Shown piece after piece: positions 45,973-56,203 of a DNA stretch of 64,000 nt. Numbering within the stretch: the stretch's first letter is position 1; each line of letters opens with the position of its first letter. The notes beneath the pieces are model-generated. The model ran no database searches and was not told where the DNA came from. It saw only the letters and a program-made list of their open reading frames with translations. Source of the DNA: an uncultured Planctomycetia bacterium (lineage in GTDB: Bacteria; Omnitrophota; Gorgyraeia; 1-14-0-20-64-10); contig CAYJVR010000002.1 of assembly GCA_964373715.1 (NCBI GenBank), forward strand, positions 5,714-69,713, in the 5' to 3' direction. Made by a program: the position numbers and the translations under genes.

Positions 45973-46896
45973 ATGACGAAACGGGCGGTATTCCTTCTGG
46001 TTCTCTTTTTAGCCGGGATCAGCGCGGCCGGTTCTCTTTCCTACAGAGTTTATCAAAATTCTCAGGAATCGCACAGGCAAAGGCTGGTTCTCGAAAAGAA
46101 GCGGCAGGCATGGGAACAGCTTAGGAAGTCACTGTGGGGTGAGATCCGCGATTTTCACGGGGAGGCAGGAGTCCTGATCGAAGATCTGGGGACCGGCTGG
46201 AAGCTCGGTTACCGATACCAGCAGCGGTTTCCTGCGGCGAGCTTGGTGAAGGTGCCGGTGATGGCCGCCTGTTTTGAAGCCGCCCAACAAGGCAAACTTG
46301 ATCTTTCGGAACAGCTGGTTTTGAAACGATCGGATAAGGTGGGCGGTTCCGGCGTTTTAAGGGGGAAATCTCCGGGAGCAGCGCTGACAATTCGGGAACT
46401 GATCGAGCTGATGGTGACCGAGAGCGACAATACCGCGGCGAACATGCTGATCAGCCGGATTGGGTTTAACACGCTGAACCATTCTTTCGAGCGGCAGGGG
46501 CTGGGAGGCACGGTTCTCGTGAGGAAGATGATGGATTTTTCGAACCGCCGCAACGGGGTGGAGAATTACACTACCGCCGAAGATGTCGCTTCGATTTTGC
46601 GCCGGCTTTACTATTTCCAAGTGGTTAACCCCCTTGTTTCGTCCAAGTGCCTGGAGTTGCTGATGCAGCAGAAGATCAACGACCGGATACCCGCCGGACT
46701 GCCTCCAGAAATCATCGTGGCGCACAAAACGGGCCTTGAGAACGGGGTATGTCACGATTCAGGGATTGTTTTCACCGGAAACGGCAATTACCTCATCACT
46801 GTGCTGACCCGGCATAACGGGAAAACCGCTCAGCCGGCCAAAAAGTTCATCGCCAGACTTTCTTCCTTAACGTACCGGTACATGACGGAGAGTTGA
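45973..46896 (+). CDS. Class A beta-lactamase-fold serine hydrolase (exported)
   Basis: Signal peptide; SxxK (ASLVK), SDN (ESDNTA), KTG (HKTGL) motifs in the correct order and spacing. Confidence 0.65.
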   Translation: MTKRAVFLLVLFLAGISAAGSLSYRVYQNSQESHRQRLVLEKKRQAWEQLRKSLWGEIRDFHGEAGVLIEDLGTGWKLGYRYQQRFPAASLVKVPVMAACFEAAQQGKLDLSEQLVLKRSDKVGGSGVLRGKSPGAALTIRELIELMVTESDNTAANMLISRIGFNTLNHSFERQGLGGTVLVRKMMDFSNRRNGVENYTTAEDVASILRRLYYFQVVNPLVSSKCLELLMQQKINDRIPAGLPPEIIVAHKTGLENGVCHDSGIVFTGNGNYLITVLTRHNGKTAQPAKKFIARLSSLTYRYMTES

Positions 46897-46926
46897 TTTG
46901 CCGATCAGCCTCCATCGAGCCGACAG

Positions 46927-49050
46927 ATGAGGGTTTGGCCGGGACGCCCCTATCCTTTAGGGGCCACGTGGGACGGGGCGGGGGTCAACTTCGCCGTCTA
47001 CGCCGAACACGCCACACGGGTGGAGCTGTGCCTCTTTGATTCTTCCGCCGCCGAAAAAGAATCTTCCCGTATTCCTCTGCCTGAACGGACCGATATGATT
47101 TGGCACGGTTATTTCCCGGATGTCCAGCCGGGGCAGCTCTACGGATACCGGGTCCATGGCCCGTATGAACCAAAGGAGGGGCACCGCTTTAACCCGAACA
47201 AGGTAGTTTTTGACCCCTACGCGAAAGCGGTCGGCCGCTCGCTGAAGTGGCACGATGCCCTTTTCGGTTACAAGATCGGGGATGCGAAGGAAGACCTTTC
47301 TTTCGATGGCCGAGACAGCGCCCCCTTCGCCCCCCTGGGGATGGTCATTGATCCAGTTTTCACATGGGGAGACGACCGGCGTCCGGAGACCCCCTGGCAT
47401 AAAACGATTATCTATGAGGTCCATGTCAAGGGATTCACGAAGAGCCACCCCGGCGTGCCTGAGCCTCTCAAAGGAACTTACGCCGGTTTGGGGTCGGAAG
47501 CGGCGATCCGCCACCTGACCGATTTAGGAATTACCGCGGTTGAACTCATGCCGGTTCACCATCATGCCATTGACCGCCATCTGGTGGAGCGGGGTCTGAG
47601 CAATTACTGGGGATACAACACCTTCGCTTATTTTGCTCCCGATACCCGTTATGCCGCGGCCGATTCCCCTTGGGATGCAGTCCGGGAATTTAAGACAATG
47701 GTCCGATCTCTTCATGCGGCTGGGATCGAAGTGATCCTGGATGTCGTCTATAACCATACCGCCGAAGGGAACCATTTCGGCCCTACGCTCTCCTTCCGGG
47801 GGATCGATAACGACGCCTACTACCGGCTTTTCGCTGCGGAGCCCCGGTTTTACGAGGATTTTACGGGGTGCGGCAACACGCTGAATATGCGCCATCCCCG
47901 GGTTTTGCAGCTGATCATGGACAGCCTCCGCTATTGGGTTCTTGAGATGCGCGTGGATGGCTTCCGGTTCGACCTGGCCAGCGCTTTAGCTAGGGAGCTT
48001 CAAGAGGTGGATAAGCTCAGCGCTTTCTTTGACACGATCGGCCAGGATCCGGTGCTCTCCCGGGTTAAGCTGATCGCGGAACCGTGGGACGTCGGGCAAG
48101 GGGGCTATCAGGTGGGCAATTTCCCGGCTGGATGGGCCGAGTGGAACGGAAAATACCGGGATTCGGTCCGGCGTTTCTGGAAAGGAGAGGGGGGAGCTGT
48201 TTCGGAGTTCGCCACCCGGTTGTGCGGAAGCAGCGACCTCTACGAGCAGGACGGACGGCGTCCCCATGCTAGCATCAATTTTGTTACGTGCCACGATGGG
48301 TTCACTCTTCAGGATTTGGTCGGCTACGAGCGGAAACACAATGAGGCCAACGGCGAGAATAACGCGGACGGAGAAAACAACAACATCAGCTTCAACTGCG
48401 GCGTAGAGGGCCCGACGGAAGCCCGCAAGATCCGACGTTTGCGGGAGAAACAGAAGAGGAATTTCCTGGCGACCCTCTTCCTGTCCCAGGGGGTTCCGAT
48501 GATCCTGGGGGGAGACGAAATCGGCCGGACCCAAAAGGGTAACAACAACGCTTATTGCCAGGACAATGAGATCAGCTGGTTCCGCTGGGATTTCACACAG
48601 GAGGACCGTCAGTTCCTTGAATTCGTGAAGAAGATGATCCGCTTTTGGAAAGACCAGCCGGTCATTCACCGGCGGAAGTTTTTCCAGGGCCGTCCGATCC
48701 GGGGGACGGAAGTCAAGGACCTGATCTGGTTCGACGCTTCCGGAAAAGAGATGACCGATGAAGCCTGGGGAGCCTCCGCCGTCCATGCGGTCGTCGTCCG
48801 TTTGGATGGAGAGGCGATCGATGAGCTGGACGAAAAAGGGGACCGCATTATGGGCGACACATTGCTGCTCCTCATGAACGCTTATCACGAACCGATCCCT
48901 TTCACTCTTCCTTCAGAAGGCATGGACGGGAAATGGGAGCTTCTCTTCGACACATCGGACAGCCAAAAACCTTCCGAATTGCTCTCCGGCGGCATTCCCT
49001 ATCCGCTGGATGGGCCCGCTGTGGCGGTATTCCAACTGGGGAAAAAGTAG
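46927..49050 (+). CDS. glgX: Glycogen debranching enzyme (isoamylase-type)
   Basis: N-terminus [24 protein letters not shown]; GH13 catalytic regions (GFRFDLA, EPWD); 707 aa. Confidence 0.85.
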   Translation: MRVWPGRPYPLGATWDGAGVNFAVYAEHATRVELCLFDSSAAEKESSRIPLPERTDMIWHGYFPDVQPGQLYGYRVHGPYEPKEGHRFNPNKVVFDPYAKAVGRSLKWHDALFGYKIGDAKEDLSFDGRDSAPFAPLGMVIDPVFTWGDDRRPETPWHKTIIYEVHVKGFTKSHPGVPEPLKGTYAGLGSEAAIRHLTDLGITAVELMPVHHHAIDRHLVERGLSNYWGYNTFAYFAPDTRYAAADSPWDAVREFKTMVRSLHAAGIEVILDVVYNHTAEGNHFGPTLSFRGIDNDAYYRLFAAEPRFYEDFTGCGNTLNMRHPRVLQLIMDSLRYWVLEMRVDGFRFDLASALARELQEVDKLSAFFDTIGQDPVLSRVKLIAEPWDVGQGGYQVGNFPAGWAEWNGKYRDSVRRFWKGEGGAVSEFATRLCGSSDLYEQDGRRPHASINFVTCHDGFTLQDLVGYERKHNEANGENNADGENNNISFNCGVEGPTEARKIRRLREKQKRNFLATLFLSQGVPMILGGDEIGRTQKGNNNAYCQDNEISWFRWDFTQEDRQFLEFVKKMIRFWKDQPVIHRRKFFQGRPIRGTEVKDLIWFDASGKEMTDEAWGASAVHAVVVRLDGEAIDELDEKGDRIMGDTLLLLMNAYHEPIPFTLPSEGMDGKWELLFDTSDSQKPSELLSGGIPYPLDGPAVAVFQLGKK

Positions 49051-49116
49051 AGTTGGCGCCGGCCAGGCTGAACCCCGTTAAGACTCCTCGACACGTCGAA
49101 GAAACTGGTTTATCTT

Positions 49117-51132
49117 ATGAAGAAAGGGAAAGGCGAGGGTTCTATGGGCAGCCAGACGGCCAGTGAAAAAGGAGTTCATTTGAAAGAACTGAAAACGCTT
49201 GCGGGCGCGGCACCAGTCCTCTCGGGTGTCAGCCTTCTGACCGACGACGATCTGCACCTTTTTAACGAGGGCACGCACTCCTGCCTCTACCGGAAACTGG
49301 GAGCCCATTCGATAACAGCAGCCGGCGTCCAAGGGACCTATTTTGCTGTTTGGGCTCCTGACGCCGGGCAGGTCTGGGTTGTCGGTGATTTTAACGGATG
49401 GCAGAAAGGGAAGCACGGCCTTTCTCCCCGGGGATCTTCCGGAATATGGGAGGGGTTCATCCCGGGCGTCGGCCAGGGCGCTTTGTACAAGTACCGGATC
49501 GTTTCCCGCCGGGGCGGCTATGAAGTGGAGAAATCGGACCCGTTCGGTTTCCGCCATGAGATCCCGCCGAAGACCGCTTCCGTCGTGTGGGACCTCAACT
49601 ACGCCTGGAGTGACCATAAGTGGATGATGACCCGGGCCGAGCGGAACAGCCTCGAAGCGCCAATCTCTATTTACGAAGTCCATCTGGGTTCTTGGATACG
49701 CAAGCCGGAGGAAGGGAACCGGTTCCTCACCTACAGGGAAGTCGCTCCACTCCTGGCCGATTACGTTAAACGGATGGGTTTCACCCATGTGGAGTTGCTG
49801 CCTCTGATGGAGCACCCATTTTACGGTTCCTGGGGATACCAGGTCACCGGGTTCTTCGCACCGACCAGCCGATACGGAACTCCCGAGGATTTCATGTATT
49901 TTGTGGATCTTCTCCACCAGAACGGCATCGGAGTGATTCTCGACTGGGTCCCTTCGCATTTCCCGATGGACCAGCACGGCTTGGCTTTTTTTGACGGCAC
50001 CCACCTTTTCGAGCACGCAGACCCCCGCCAGGGATATCAGCCGGACTGGGGCAGTTCCGTGTTCAATTACGGCCGCAACGAAGTCAAGGCGTTCCTCTTC
50101 AGCAGCGCCCTTTTTTGGCTCGAAAAATATCATGTGGACGGCCTGCGGGTGGACGCGGTCGCCTCCATGCTGTACCTCGATTATTCGCGCAGGGAAGGAG
50201 GATGGATCCCGAACCGTTACGGCGGCCGGGAAAACGTGGAAGCGGCCGAATTCCTGCGCTGGCTCAACAGGGAGGTGTACGACAGATTTCCTGATGTCCA
50301 GATGATTGCCGAAGAATCTACCGCTTGGCCGATGGTGTCGCGCCCGACCTATCTCGGCGGGCTCGGTTTCGGGCTGAAGTGGGATATGGGATGGATGCAC
50401 GACTCCCTCGTCTATTTCACCAAGGACCCGGTCCATCGAAGCTACCACCACAACGAGTTGACTTTCCGGATGCTGTATGCTTTCACCGAGAATTTTGTGC
50501 TGTCCCTTTCGCATGATGAGGTGGTGCACGGCAAGGGTTCGTTGCTGTCGAAAATGCCGGGTGACGACTGGCAGAAGTTTGCGAATTTGAGGCTCCTGTT
50601 CGGCGCTATGTACGGCCAGCCCGGGAAGAAACTGCTTTTCATGGGAGGAGAGTTGGGGCAGTGGAACGAGTGGAATCACGAGCAGAGCCTTGACTGGCAC
50701 CTGCTGGTGTATCCGCTGCACGCGCGCCTGCAGAGGTGGGTACGCGACCTGAATCAGATGCACGCGGCCGAACCTGCCCTGCATAAGGAGGATTTTTCGC
50801 CGGCCGGGTTCGAGTGGATTGACTGCCATGATACCCACCAGTCGGTATTGAGCTTCATCCGGAAAGACGAATCCGGCGGCTGTCCCATCCTTATCGTTTG
50901 CAACTTCACGCCGGTCCCCCGGCTCCATTACCGGGTCGGTGTCCCTCACGGCGGTTTCTGGAAAGAGATATTGAACAGCGACGCGCGCGATTACGGAGGT
51001 TCAGGCCTCGGGAACCTGGGGGGCAGCCAGGCGGAGCATGTGCCCGCGCACGGCAGGCCGTTCTCTCTGAGCCTCTGCCTGCCTCCTTTGGCGATCGTTT
51101 TCTTAAAAAGCGGTGGAACAACATGTCGTTAG
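49117..51132 (+). CDS. glgB: 1,4-alpha-glucan branching enzyme
   Basis: GH13 branching-enzyme blocks ([29 protein letters not shown]); 671 aa. ATG 49144 is an alternative start. Confidence 0.9.
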   Translation: MKKGKGEGSMGSQTASEKGVHLKELKTLAGAAPVLSGVSLLTDDDLHLFNEGTHSCLYRKLGAHSITAAGVQGTYFAVWAPDAGQVWVVGDFNGWQKGKHGLSPRGSSGIWEGFIPGVGQGALYKYRIVSRRGGYEVEKSDPFGFRHEIPPKTASVVWDLNYAWSDHKWMMTRAERNSLEAPISIYEVHLGSWIRKPEEGNRFLTYREVAPLLADYVKRMGFTHVELLPLMEHPFYGSWGYQVTGFFAPTSRYGTPEDFMYFVDLLHQNGIGVILDWVPSHFPMDQHGLAFFDGTHLFEHADPRQGYQPDWGSSVFNYGRNEVKAFLFSSALFWLEKYHVDGLRVDAVASMLYLDYSRREGGWIPNRYGGRENVEAAEFLRWLNREVYDRFPDVQMIAEESTAWPMVSRPTYLGGLGFGLKWDMGWMHDSLVYFTKDPVHRSYHHNELTFRMLYAFTENFVLSLSHDEVVHGKGSLLSKMPGDDWQKFANLRLLFGAMYGQPGKKLLFMGGELGQWNEWNHEQSLDWHLLVYPLHARLQRWVRDLNQMHAAEPALHKEDFSPAGFEWIDCHDTHQSVLSFIRKDESGGCPILIVCNFTPVPRLHYRVGVPHGGFWKEILNSDARDYGGSGLGNLGGSQAEHVPAHGRPFSLSLCLPPLAIVFLKSGGTTCR

Positions 51133-52361
51133 AGGCTCTTTGGGAAATGATCCGGACGATCGATTTGGCCGATATTCTGGACATCAGCGTCGTCGTCATT
51201 CTGATCTACTGCATCCTGATCTGGTTCAAGCAGACCCGGGCCGCCTTCGTCGCCCGCGGGATACTGATCTTCGCGATCTTCTTCTTTGTTGCGCGCCAGA
51301 CCAAGATGTATCTGACCACATGGATATTCCAGGGTTTCTTCGCTGTTTTTCTGATCGCTCTCGTTGTCATTTTTCAGGAGGAGCTGCGCCGGTTTTTCGA
51401 GCGGCTGGCCGCTTTAGGCCCGCAGCGCCGGGTTGCCAGGCCGATACAATCCGAGGAGGTGGAAGCCTTGGTCAGAACGGTCGCCCAGTTCGCGCGGGAA
51501 AGGATCGGGGCTCTCATCGTTCTGAAGGGGAAGGACCCGTTAGACCGGCACTTAAGCGGCGGCTATGAACTGGACGGACGGCTGTCCGAGGCGCTCTTGG
51601 CGAGCATCTTTGATTCCCATTCCGAGGGGCATGACGGAGCGGTCATTGTGGAGGGGGACCGGATCATCCGGTTTGCCGTCCAACTGCCTCTTTCAAAGGA
51701 ATTTGAGAAGCTCTCGGGCACCGGCACGCGCCACGCGGCGGCGCTTGGCCTTTCCGAGAGGACCGACGCGATGTGCATCGCTGTTTCCGAGCAGAAGGGA
51801 ACGATTTCAATTGCCCAAGCGGGTGAGATCACCGCTGTTCCGGACCTGCCGGTCCTTCAGAAACGAATCGCTGTTTTTGTTCGGGAAGGGAAAAATATTC
51901 CCGCCCAAAAAAGGTGGTACGGGTTTTTCCGGGAGCACACCCTGGAGAAGGTGGTTTCGCTTAGTTTCGCGGTGATTCTTTGGGTGGTTTTCGCGCAGGA
52001 ACTCAAGCCCGTAGACCGGATTTTCATGGCCCCGATCGAGGTGCACAACTTGCCCGTGAATCTCGGTGTCGAGAGAGTCAAGCCTGAGAGGATCCGGGTC
52101 CGGCTGGCCGGTCTGAAACGGGACTTCGGTATGCTGGATCCGAAGGGCATCAGGATCCACATCGACCTGGACCAGGCCGCCGCCGGGGGCCGAAGGGTTC
52201 TGGTTTCGGAAGACAACCTGCCGATTCCGCGAGCGCTGCGGCTTGTGAACGCGGAACCCGCCTACGTCGAGATTTTGCTGACAGAAGCGCCGGAAGGCAA
52301 AAGGGGGAACCCTTCAGGATTCATCTTCAGCCGTCCTTCAGCCGGTTCCAAGAAAAACTGA
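51123..52361 (+). CDS. cdaA: Diadenylate cyclase CdaA with fused C-terminal TM plus YbbR/CdaR-like domain
   Basis: Three N-terminal TM helices; DAC domain ([46 protein letters not shown]); an extra ~140 aa with one TM and a beta-rich YbbR-like segment. The track ORF 50898 has a spurious extension; ATG 51123 overlaps the glgB end by 10 nt. Confidence 0.75.
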   Translation: MSLEALWEMIRTIDLADILDISVVVILIYCILIWFKQTRAAFVARGILIFAIFFFVARQTKMYLTTWIFQGFFAVFLIALVVIFQEELRRFFERLAALGPQRRVARPIQSEEVEALVRTVAQFARERIGALIVLKGKDPLDRHLSGGYELDGRLSEALLASIFDSHSEGHDGAVIVEGDRIIRFAVQLPLSKEFEKLSGTGTRHAAALGLSERTDAMCIAVSEQKGTISIAQAGEITAVPDLPVLQKRIAVFVREGKNIPAQKRWYGFFREHTLEKVVSLSFAVILWVVFAQELKPVDRIFMAPIEVHNLPVNLGVERVKPERIRVRLAGLKRDFGMLDPKGIRIHIDLDQAAAGGRRVLVSEDNLPIPRALRLVNAEPAYVEILLTEAPEGKRGNPSGFIFSRPSAGSKKN

Positions 52362-52363
52362 TT

Positions 52364-53407
52364 ATGGAGAAAGATCCCCAAGATCCGGTTTTAGCTTTTC
52401 TCAAGGAAAACAGTAAAGAACTCTCTCCCCTTTTGATTCTCACTCATAATCATCCCGACCCCGATTCGATCGCCAGCGCTTGGGCCCTGGCTTTCTTGGC
52501 CGAGAAGCTTCACGGAATCCGGTCAAAGATCGTTTACGGCGGGATCATCGGGCGGATGGAGAACAAGGTGATGGTGCAGATTCTGCGTATACCGATCCGT
52601 TCGGTGAAGCCGTCGGACTTTGAGCGGTATTCGGCGATCGCCGTGGTGGATACGCAGCCCCCGTTCCAGAACAACTGTTTTCCGGCCAAACGCAAGGCCG
52701 ATATCGTCATCGACCACCACCCTTTGCACAAGAAGACGGAATCCAAATTTATCTTGATAAACCAGGCGGCAGGGGCCACCACGACGCTGCTGGCGGAAGC
52801 GCTCCTCGCCTCGGGGCTGGATATACCGGCCTCTCTGGCGACGGCGCTTGTTTACGGCATCGGATCCGAAACCCAGAATCTGGGCCGTGAAGCCGGGGCC
52901 AGGGACATGAATGCCTACCGGGCATTGTTCGCCAAAGCCAGCATGAAGAGCTTGTCGAAGATACAGAACCCTCAAAGGCCCAGCTCTTTTTTTAGCGTGT
53001 TAGGCAGGGCGATCCAGCAGGGCTTTCTCATCAAGGGGATCATCGGCGTCCATTTGAGGAGCGTCCCGAGCCAGGACATTGTCGCCCATATGGCCGACTT
53101 TTTGTTAACCCATGAGAAGATGAAGTGGTCTATCGTGACCGGCCGTTATCAAGGGAGGCTTTACGTCTCTTTAAGGACGAACAACACCCGCGCGGAGGCG
53201 GGAAAACTGCTGTGGAAGCTGCTCGGAGGAGGCACATCCGCCGGCGGTCACGGGATGATTGCCGGCGGATCGGTAGATGTCGGCGCGGAGGCTTCGGAGA
53301 CGGTCTGGCATGAGACCGAGGAGAAGCTGACCGAAGCGTTCCTGCGCAGACAAGGGATCAAGCCCCCCTACCAGCTCGGATATCCTTTCCGCCTGCTGAA
53401 CACGTAG
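52364..53407 (+). CDS. Standalone DHH/DHHA1 phosphoesterase (NrnA / c-di-AMP phosphodiesterase type)
   Basis: DHH motifs I-III (HNHPDPD, VVDTQ, VIDHHP) and DHHA1 motif GGHG(MIAGG); 347 aa; starts 3 nt after cdaA. Confidence 0.75.
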   Translation: MEKDPQDPVLAFLKENSKELSPLLILTHNHPDPDSIASAWALAFLAEKLHGIRSKIVYGGIIGRMENKVMVQILRIPIRSVKPSDFERYSAIAVVDTQPPFQNNCFPAKRKADIVIDHHPLHKKTESKFILINQAAGATTTLLAEALLASGLDIPASLATALVYGIGSETQNLGREAGARDMNAYRALFAKASMKSLSKIQNPQRPSSFFSVLGRAIQQGFLIKGIIGVHLRSVPSQDIVAHMADFLLTHEKMKWSIVTGRYQGRLYVSLRTNNTRAEAGKLLWKLLGGGTSAGGHGMIAGGSVDVGAEASETVWHETEEKLTEAFLRRQGIKPPYQLGYPFRLLNT

Positions 53408-53432
53408 CAACGGTGAATTCGTACCTGTTTCA

Positions 53433-53606
53433 ATGCAAGACGACGAAGAATTTGAAGAGGAAGGATCCGAGGAGGAGTCCTCGCAACCGCAGGGCAATCT
53501 TTACTGCCCCGTTTGCGGATCGGACGAGGTTCGTTTGATTGAAACGCGGCACAAGCAGGGTTTCTACGAGTGCGAAAGCTGCCATCTGACGTTTGAAGAA
53601 AACTGA
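53433..53606 (+). CDS. Small acidic zinc-ribbon protein (57 aa)
   Basis: Absent from the track (<60 aa): MQDDEEFEEEGSEEE...CPVCGS...CESCH = CxxC-x17-CxxC; the ATG follows 25 nt after the DHH gene. Confidence 0.4.
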   Translation: MQDDEEFEEEGSEEESSQPQGNLYCPVCGSDEVRLIETRHKQGFYECESCHLTFEEN

Positions 53607-53642
53607 GCGTGAAAGCCGGTCTGGCGGAAGAGGTATACGGTT

Positions 53643-54239
53643 TTAGCGGGCGAGTGTCACCAGTTTCTGCCACCAACCGTCGCTTTTCCAACTCTTCATC
53701 CGGCGGTAGATCTTTTTTGCACTCTTGGTTTTCAGCAGATGGGCGGGCCGATTCATCCAATCGATCGCCCGGGGGTGGTGTCCCTGTTCGGCGTATTCCT
53801 TCCCCTGGATCATGCATTCCAAAAGGTCGGCATCCCGCGCCACCCAGCTGGCTTTGGTCCGCTGGGTCAGCAGATCCTTGACCCAGCCGGAAAGCTCCCG
53901 GCGCATCGCCGGCGGCAGGCCGGCCAGCTGTTCGGACGAGGCCTTCCATTCCGCCGCCCGGAAATCAATATACCGGTGGCCGACCTTGTGCAGGTCGTTG
54001 ATCCGGGATTCATGCAGGTCGTTGATCAGCCCGATCATCACGGCGGGGTACGGGTCAATCCTTTCCATTTTCGCCAGCAGGTAGGCGAGAAATGCCGCCC
54101 TGAAACAGTGGTCCGCCACGCTTTCGGCGTTTTTCATCCCGAGCATCCACCAGCCGCTCCGGCGCACCGATTTCAGGATGCCGGCTTCGGCAGTGATGTC
54201 CAGCACCGCCTCAACCGTGGATTTCTTTCTCTTCGGCAT
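53643..54239 (-). CDS. HD-domain phosphohydrolase (YfbR-like 5'-nucleotidase family)
   Basis: RSGWW...ESVADHCFRAAFLAYLL...LINDLHESRINDL matches the YfbR/HD_3 pattern; start chosen at the ATG overlapping the rlmB stop (alternative 54263). Confidence 0.6.
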   Translation of the reverse strand: MPKRKKSTVEAVLDITAEAGILKSVRRSGWWMLGMKNAESVADHCFRAAFLAYLLAKMERIDPYPAVMIGLINDLHESRINDLHKVGHRYIDFRAAEWKASSEQLAGLPPAMRRELSGWVKDLLTQRTKASWVARDADLLECMIQGKEYAEQGHHPRAIDWMNRPAHLLKTKSAKKIYRRMKSWKSDGWWQKLVTLAR

Positions 54240-54958
54240 CAGTTCTTCTCCTTGCGGCGGCACGTGATTTCGTAGCCGATCAGCGCTGCCGCCGTGGCTA
54301 CATTGAATGATAAAGAAGCTCCGGGCATCGACAGGGTGAGCGTCAGGTCCAGATGTTTCGTCAGCCCTGGCCGGATCCCGCCGCCTTCAGAGCCGAGGAT
54401 GACCCCCAGGGGGAAGGGCAGCTTTGCCTGAGCCAGAGGCTCACCGCTGTCGGCGTCGGCGCCCGCGATCCAGTAGCCGGCTTTTTTTGCCAGCTCGCAT
54501 GCCCGGACCAGGTTGGTGACGCGGGATACCGGGACATAATTCTCTCCGCCGCAGGCCACCCGGAGGACCGTTTCGTTTACCTCGGTTGAATCATGTTTCG
54601 GCAGAACGAGAGCGATCCCTCCGAAGCAGGCCGTTGACCTGAGGATCGCCCCGAGGTTCTGCGGGTCGGTCACCCGGTCCAGAAGAAGGAGCAGCGGCCG
54701 CGGCTCCGGTTTGGCAAGCAGTTCCTCTAATTCGGTATAATGGAATTCCTCCACATCCGCCAAAACTCCTTGGGCGTGGATCGTCCCTGTTTTCTTGGCG
54801 AAATCTTCCTTTGAAAGGGAGGTGAAGGGAAGGCTCGCCGCCTTGGCGGCCTGCACCACCTCGGGGGCGTCCACCCCCTGATCCAGGTAGAGGGTACGGA
54901 TCGTCCCGGGGGCGGCCGCGAGGCGTTCCATGACTGGGCGCTTTCCATAAAGACGCAT
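54239..54958 (-). CDS. rlmB: 23S rRNA (guanosine-2'-O)-methyltransferase, SpoU/TrmH family (RlmB-like)
   Basis: SpoU motifs (LLLLLDRVTDPQNLGAILRS, GSEGGGI, LSMPGASLSFNVATAAAL); the track ORF 54239..55537 carries a spurious N-terminal extension antisense to the next gene. Confidence 0.75.
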   Translation of the reverse strand: MRLYGKRPVMERLAAAPGTIRTLYLDQGVDAPEVVQAAKAASLPFTSLSKEDFAKKTGTIHAQGVLADVEEFHYTELEELLAKPEPRPLLLLLDRVTDPQNLGAILRSTACFGGIALVLPKHDSTEVNETVLRVACGGENYVPVSRVTNLVRACELAKKAGYWIAGADADSGEPLAQAKLPFPLGVILGSEGGGIRPGLTKHLDLTLTLSMPGASLSFNVATAAALIGYEITCRRKEKN

Positions 54959-54976
54959 CGGGGGTATTCTAGCATC

Positions 54977-55906
54977 ATGATTGGCACCATCACACTGAAT
55001 CCATCGGTTGACCAGCACCTGACGGTCGAGAAGCTCGTTAAGGACGACGCGATCCGGGCGGTTTCCGTCCGGTGGTTCGCCGGCGGCAAGGGGATCAACG
55101 TTAGCCGGGTGGTCCACGAGCTCGGAGGGGAAGGCCGGGCGTTCGGGTTCGTCGGAGGATTCCCCGGGAAGATGCTGACCGGCTGGCTTGACTCCGCAGG
55201 GATACCGCACCACTTCATTGATATCGAGGGGGATACACGGATCAACACCACGGTCACGGATCTTTATGACATGACGCAGACCCATATCCGGGTCAAAGGG
55301 CCGCAGGTTACCGGATCCGAACTGAAGAAGCTGTCCCAGCAGCTTCTTATCTTTCCGAACCCGCCCGCTTTCTGGGTGCTGGGCGGCTCGCTGCCTCCCG
55401 GGGTCCCGGAGGATTTCTACAAGCATCTGATCGAGGGTCTTGAGGCGACCGGTGCCAAATGCGTGCTGGATACAGATGATGAAGCCTTGACTCTCGGCCT
55501 GGATGCCACCCCCTTTATGATCAAGCCGAACGAGCATGAATTTGAGCGGCTGACCGGGCAGACGGCCGACACGGATGAGCGCATCGTTGAAGCGGCCCGC
55601 CGGATCGTGAAGAAAGGCACCGGGATTGTGGTCACGACGCTGGGACCGCGCGGCGCCGTTGTCGTTTCGCAGGATGACGCGTTCCGGGTGAATACCCCGA
55701 AGATTATTCCCAAGAGCAAGGTAGGAGCGGGCGATTCCACCGTCGCCGGCACCTTGATTGCGCTGGAGCGGGGCGCCTCTCTGCGGGAGGCGGTCCGTTA
55801 CGGGGTGGCCGCCGGAACAGCCGCGGTTCTTACCGAAGGGACCAAGCTTTGCGAGAGATCCGAGGTGGAGCGGATTTTACCCCAGCTCCAGGCTGTCTCC
55901 CTCTGA
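54977..55906 (+). CDS. PfkB-family sugar-phosphate kinase (1-phosphofructokinase / tagatose-6-P kinase-like)
   Basis: GGKGINV, DTDD and the C-terminal VGAGDSTVAG anion-hole motif. Confidence 0.7.
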   Translation: MIGTITLNPSVDQHLTVEKLVKDDAIRAVSVRWFAGGKGINVSRVVHELGGEGRAFGFVGGFPGKMLTGWLDSAGIPHHFIDIEGDTRINTTVTDLYDMTQTHIRVKGPQVTGSELKKLSQQLLIFPNPPAFWVLGGSLPPGVPEDFYKHLIEGLEATGAKCVLDTDDEALTLGLDATPFMIKPNEHEFERLTGQTADTDERIVEAARRIVKKGTGIVVTTLGPRGAVVVSQDDAFRVNTPKIIPKSKVGAGDSTVAGTLIALERGASLREAVRYGVAAGTAAVLTEGTKLCERSEVERILPQLQAVSL

Positions 55907-55992
55907 GAGTTCCTTTATTGTTCTTGAGTAGGAGCTTTGTTCTGGACTAGAATCTGCATAACGTGCCTGCCTTGGATTAAGAGAGGATTTCT

Positions 55993-56187
55993 ATGCCTGA
56001 TTTGGAAGGGGAATACTCTTTTTTGTGTCCTTACTGCATGACGAGCAACACGCTCTCGGTGGATTTCACCGGCGGACGCAGCCAATCTTTCACGGTGGAT
56101 TGCGAAGTCTGCTGCAAACCGGTCTCCATCCGGCTTGAAGCCGGACCGGAGGGGATTATCCGGTTCGACGCGCAAAGGGAGTCGTAA
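55993..56187 (+). CDS. Small zinc-binding protein (CPxC...CxxCC)
   Basis: 64 aa; FLCPYCMTSN...VDCEVCCKPV; preceded by a promoter-like TTGAGT...TAGAAT. Confidence 0.45.
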   Translation: MPDLEGEYSFLCPYCMTSNTLSVDFTGGRSQSFTVDCEVCCKPVSIRLEAGPEGIIRFDAQRES

Positions 56188-56203
56188 ACCAAAGGGGAAT
56201 CGG

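Noticed and set aside
49078-50949. 623-aa minus-strand ORF antisense to glgB, and similar long antisense ORFs (36307-37656 vs gdh; 26547-27878 vs ccsA; 43852-44887 vs pyk; 47986-48888 vs glgX; 32452-33237 vs desaturase; 30200-31015 vs GT2; 6173-6913 vs the OM barrel; 841-1500; 27939-28652)
   Set aside because: Each overlaps a sense-strand gene carrying clear family signatures. The antisense products are R/P/G-rich with no motifs. These are a high-GC artefact.
50898-51122. N-terminal extension of the cdaA track ORF ([15 protein letters not shown]...)
   Set aside because: It lies inside the 3' end of glgB in another frame. CdaA TM helices and homology begin at ATG 51123.
54959-55537. N-terminal 193 codons of the 432-aa minus-strand ORF containing rlmB
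   Set aside because: They are antisense to the PfkB-family kinase gene. SpoU-family homology starts at Met 54958 (MRLYGKRPV).
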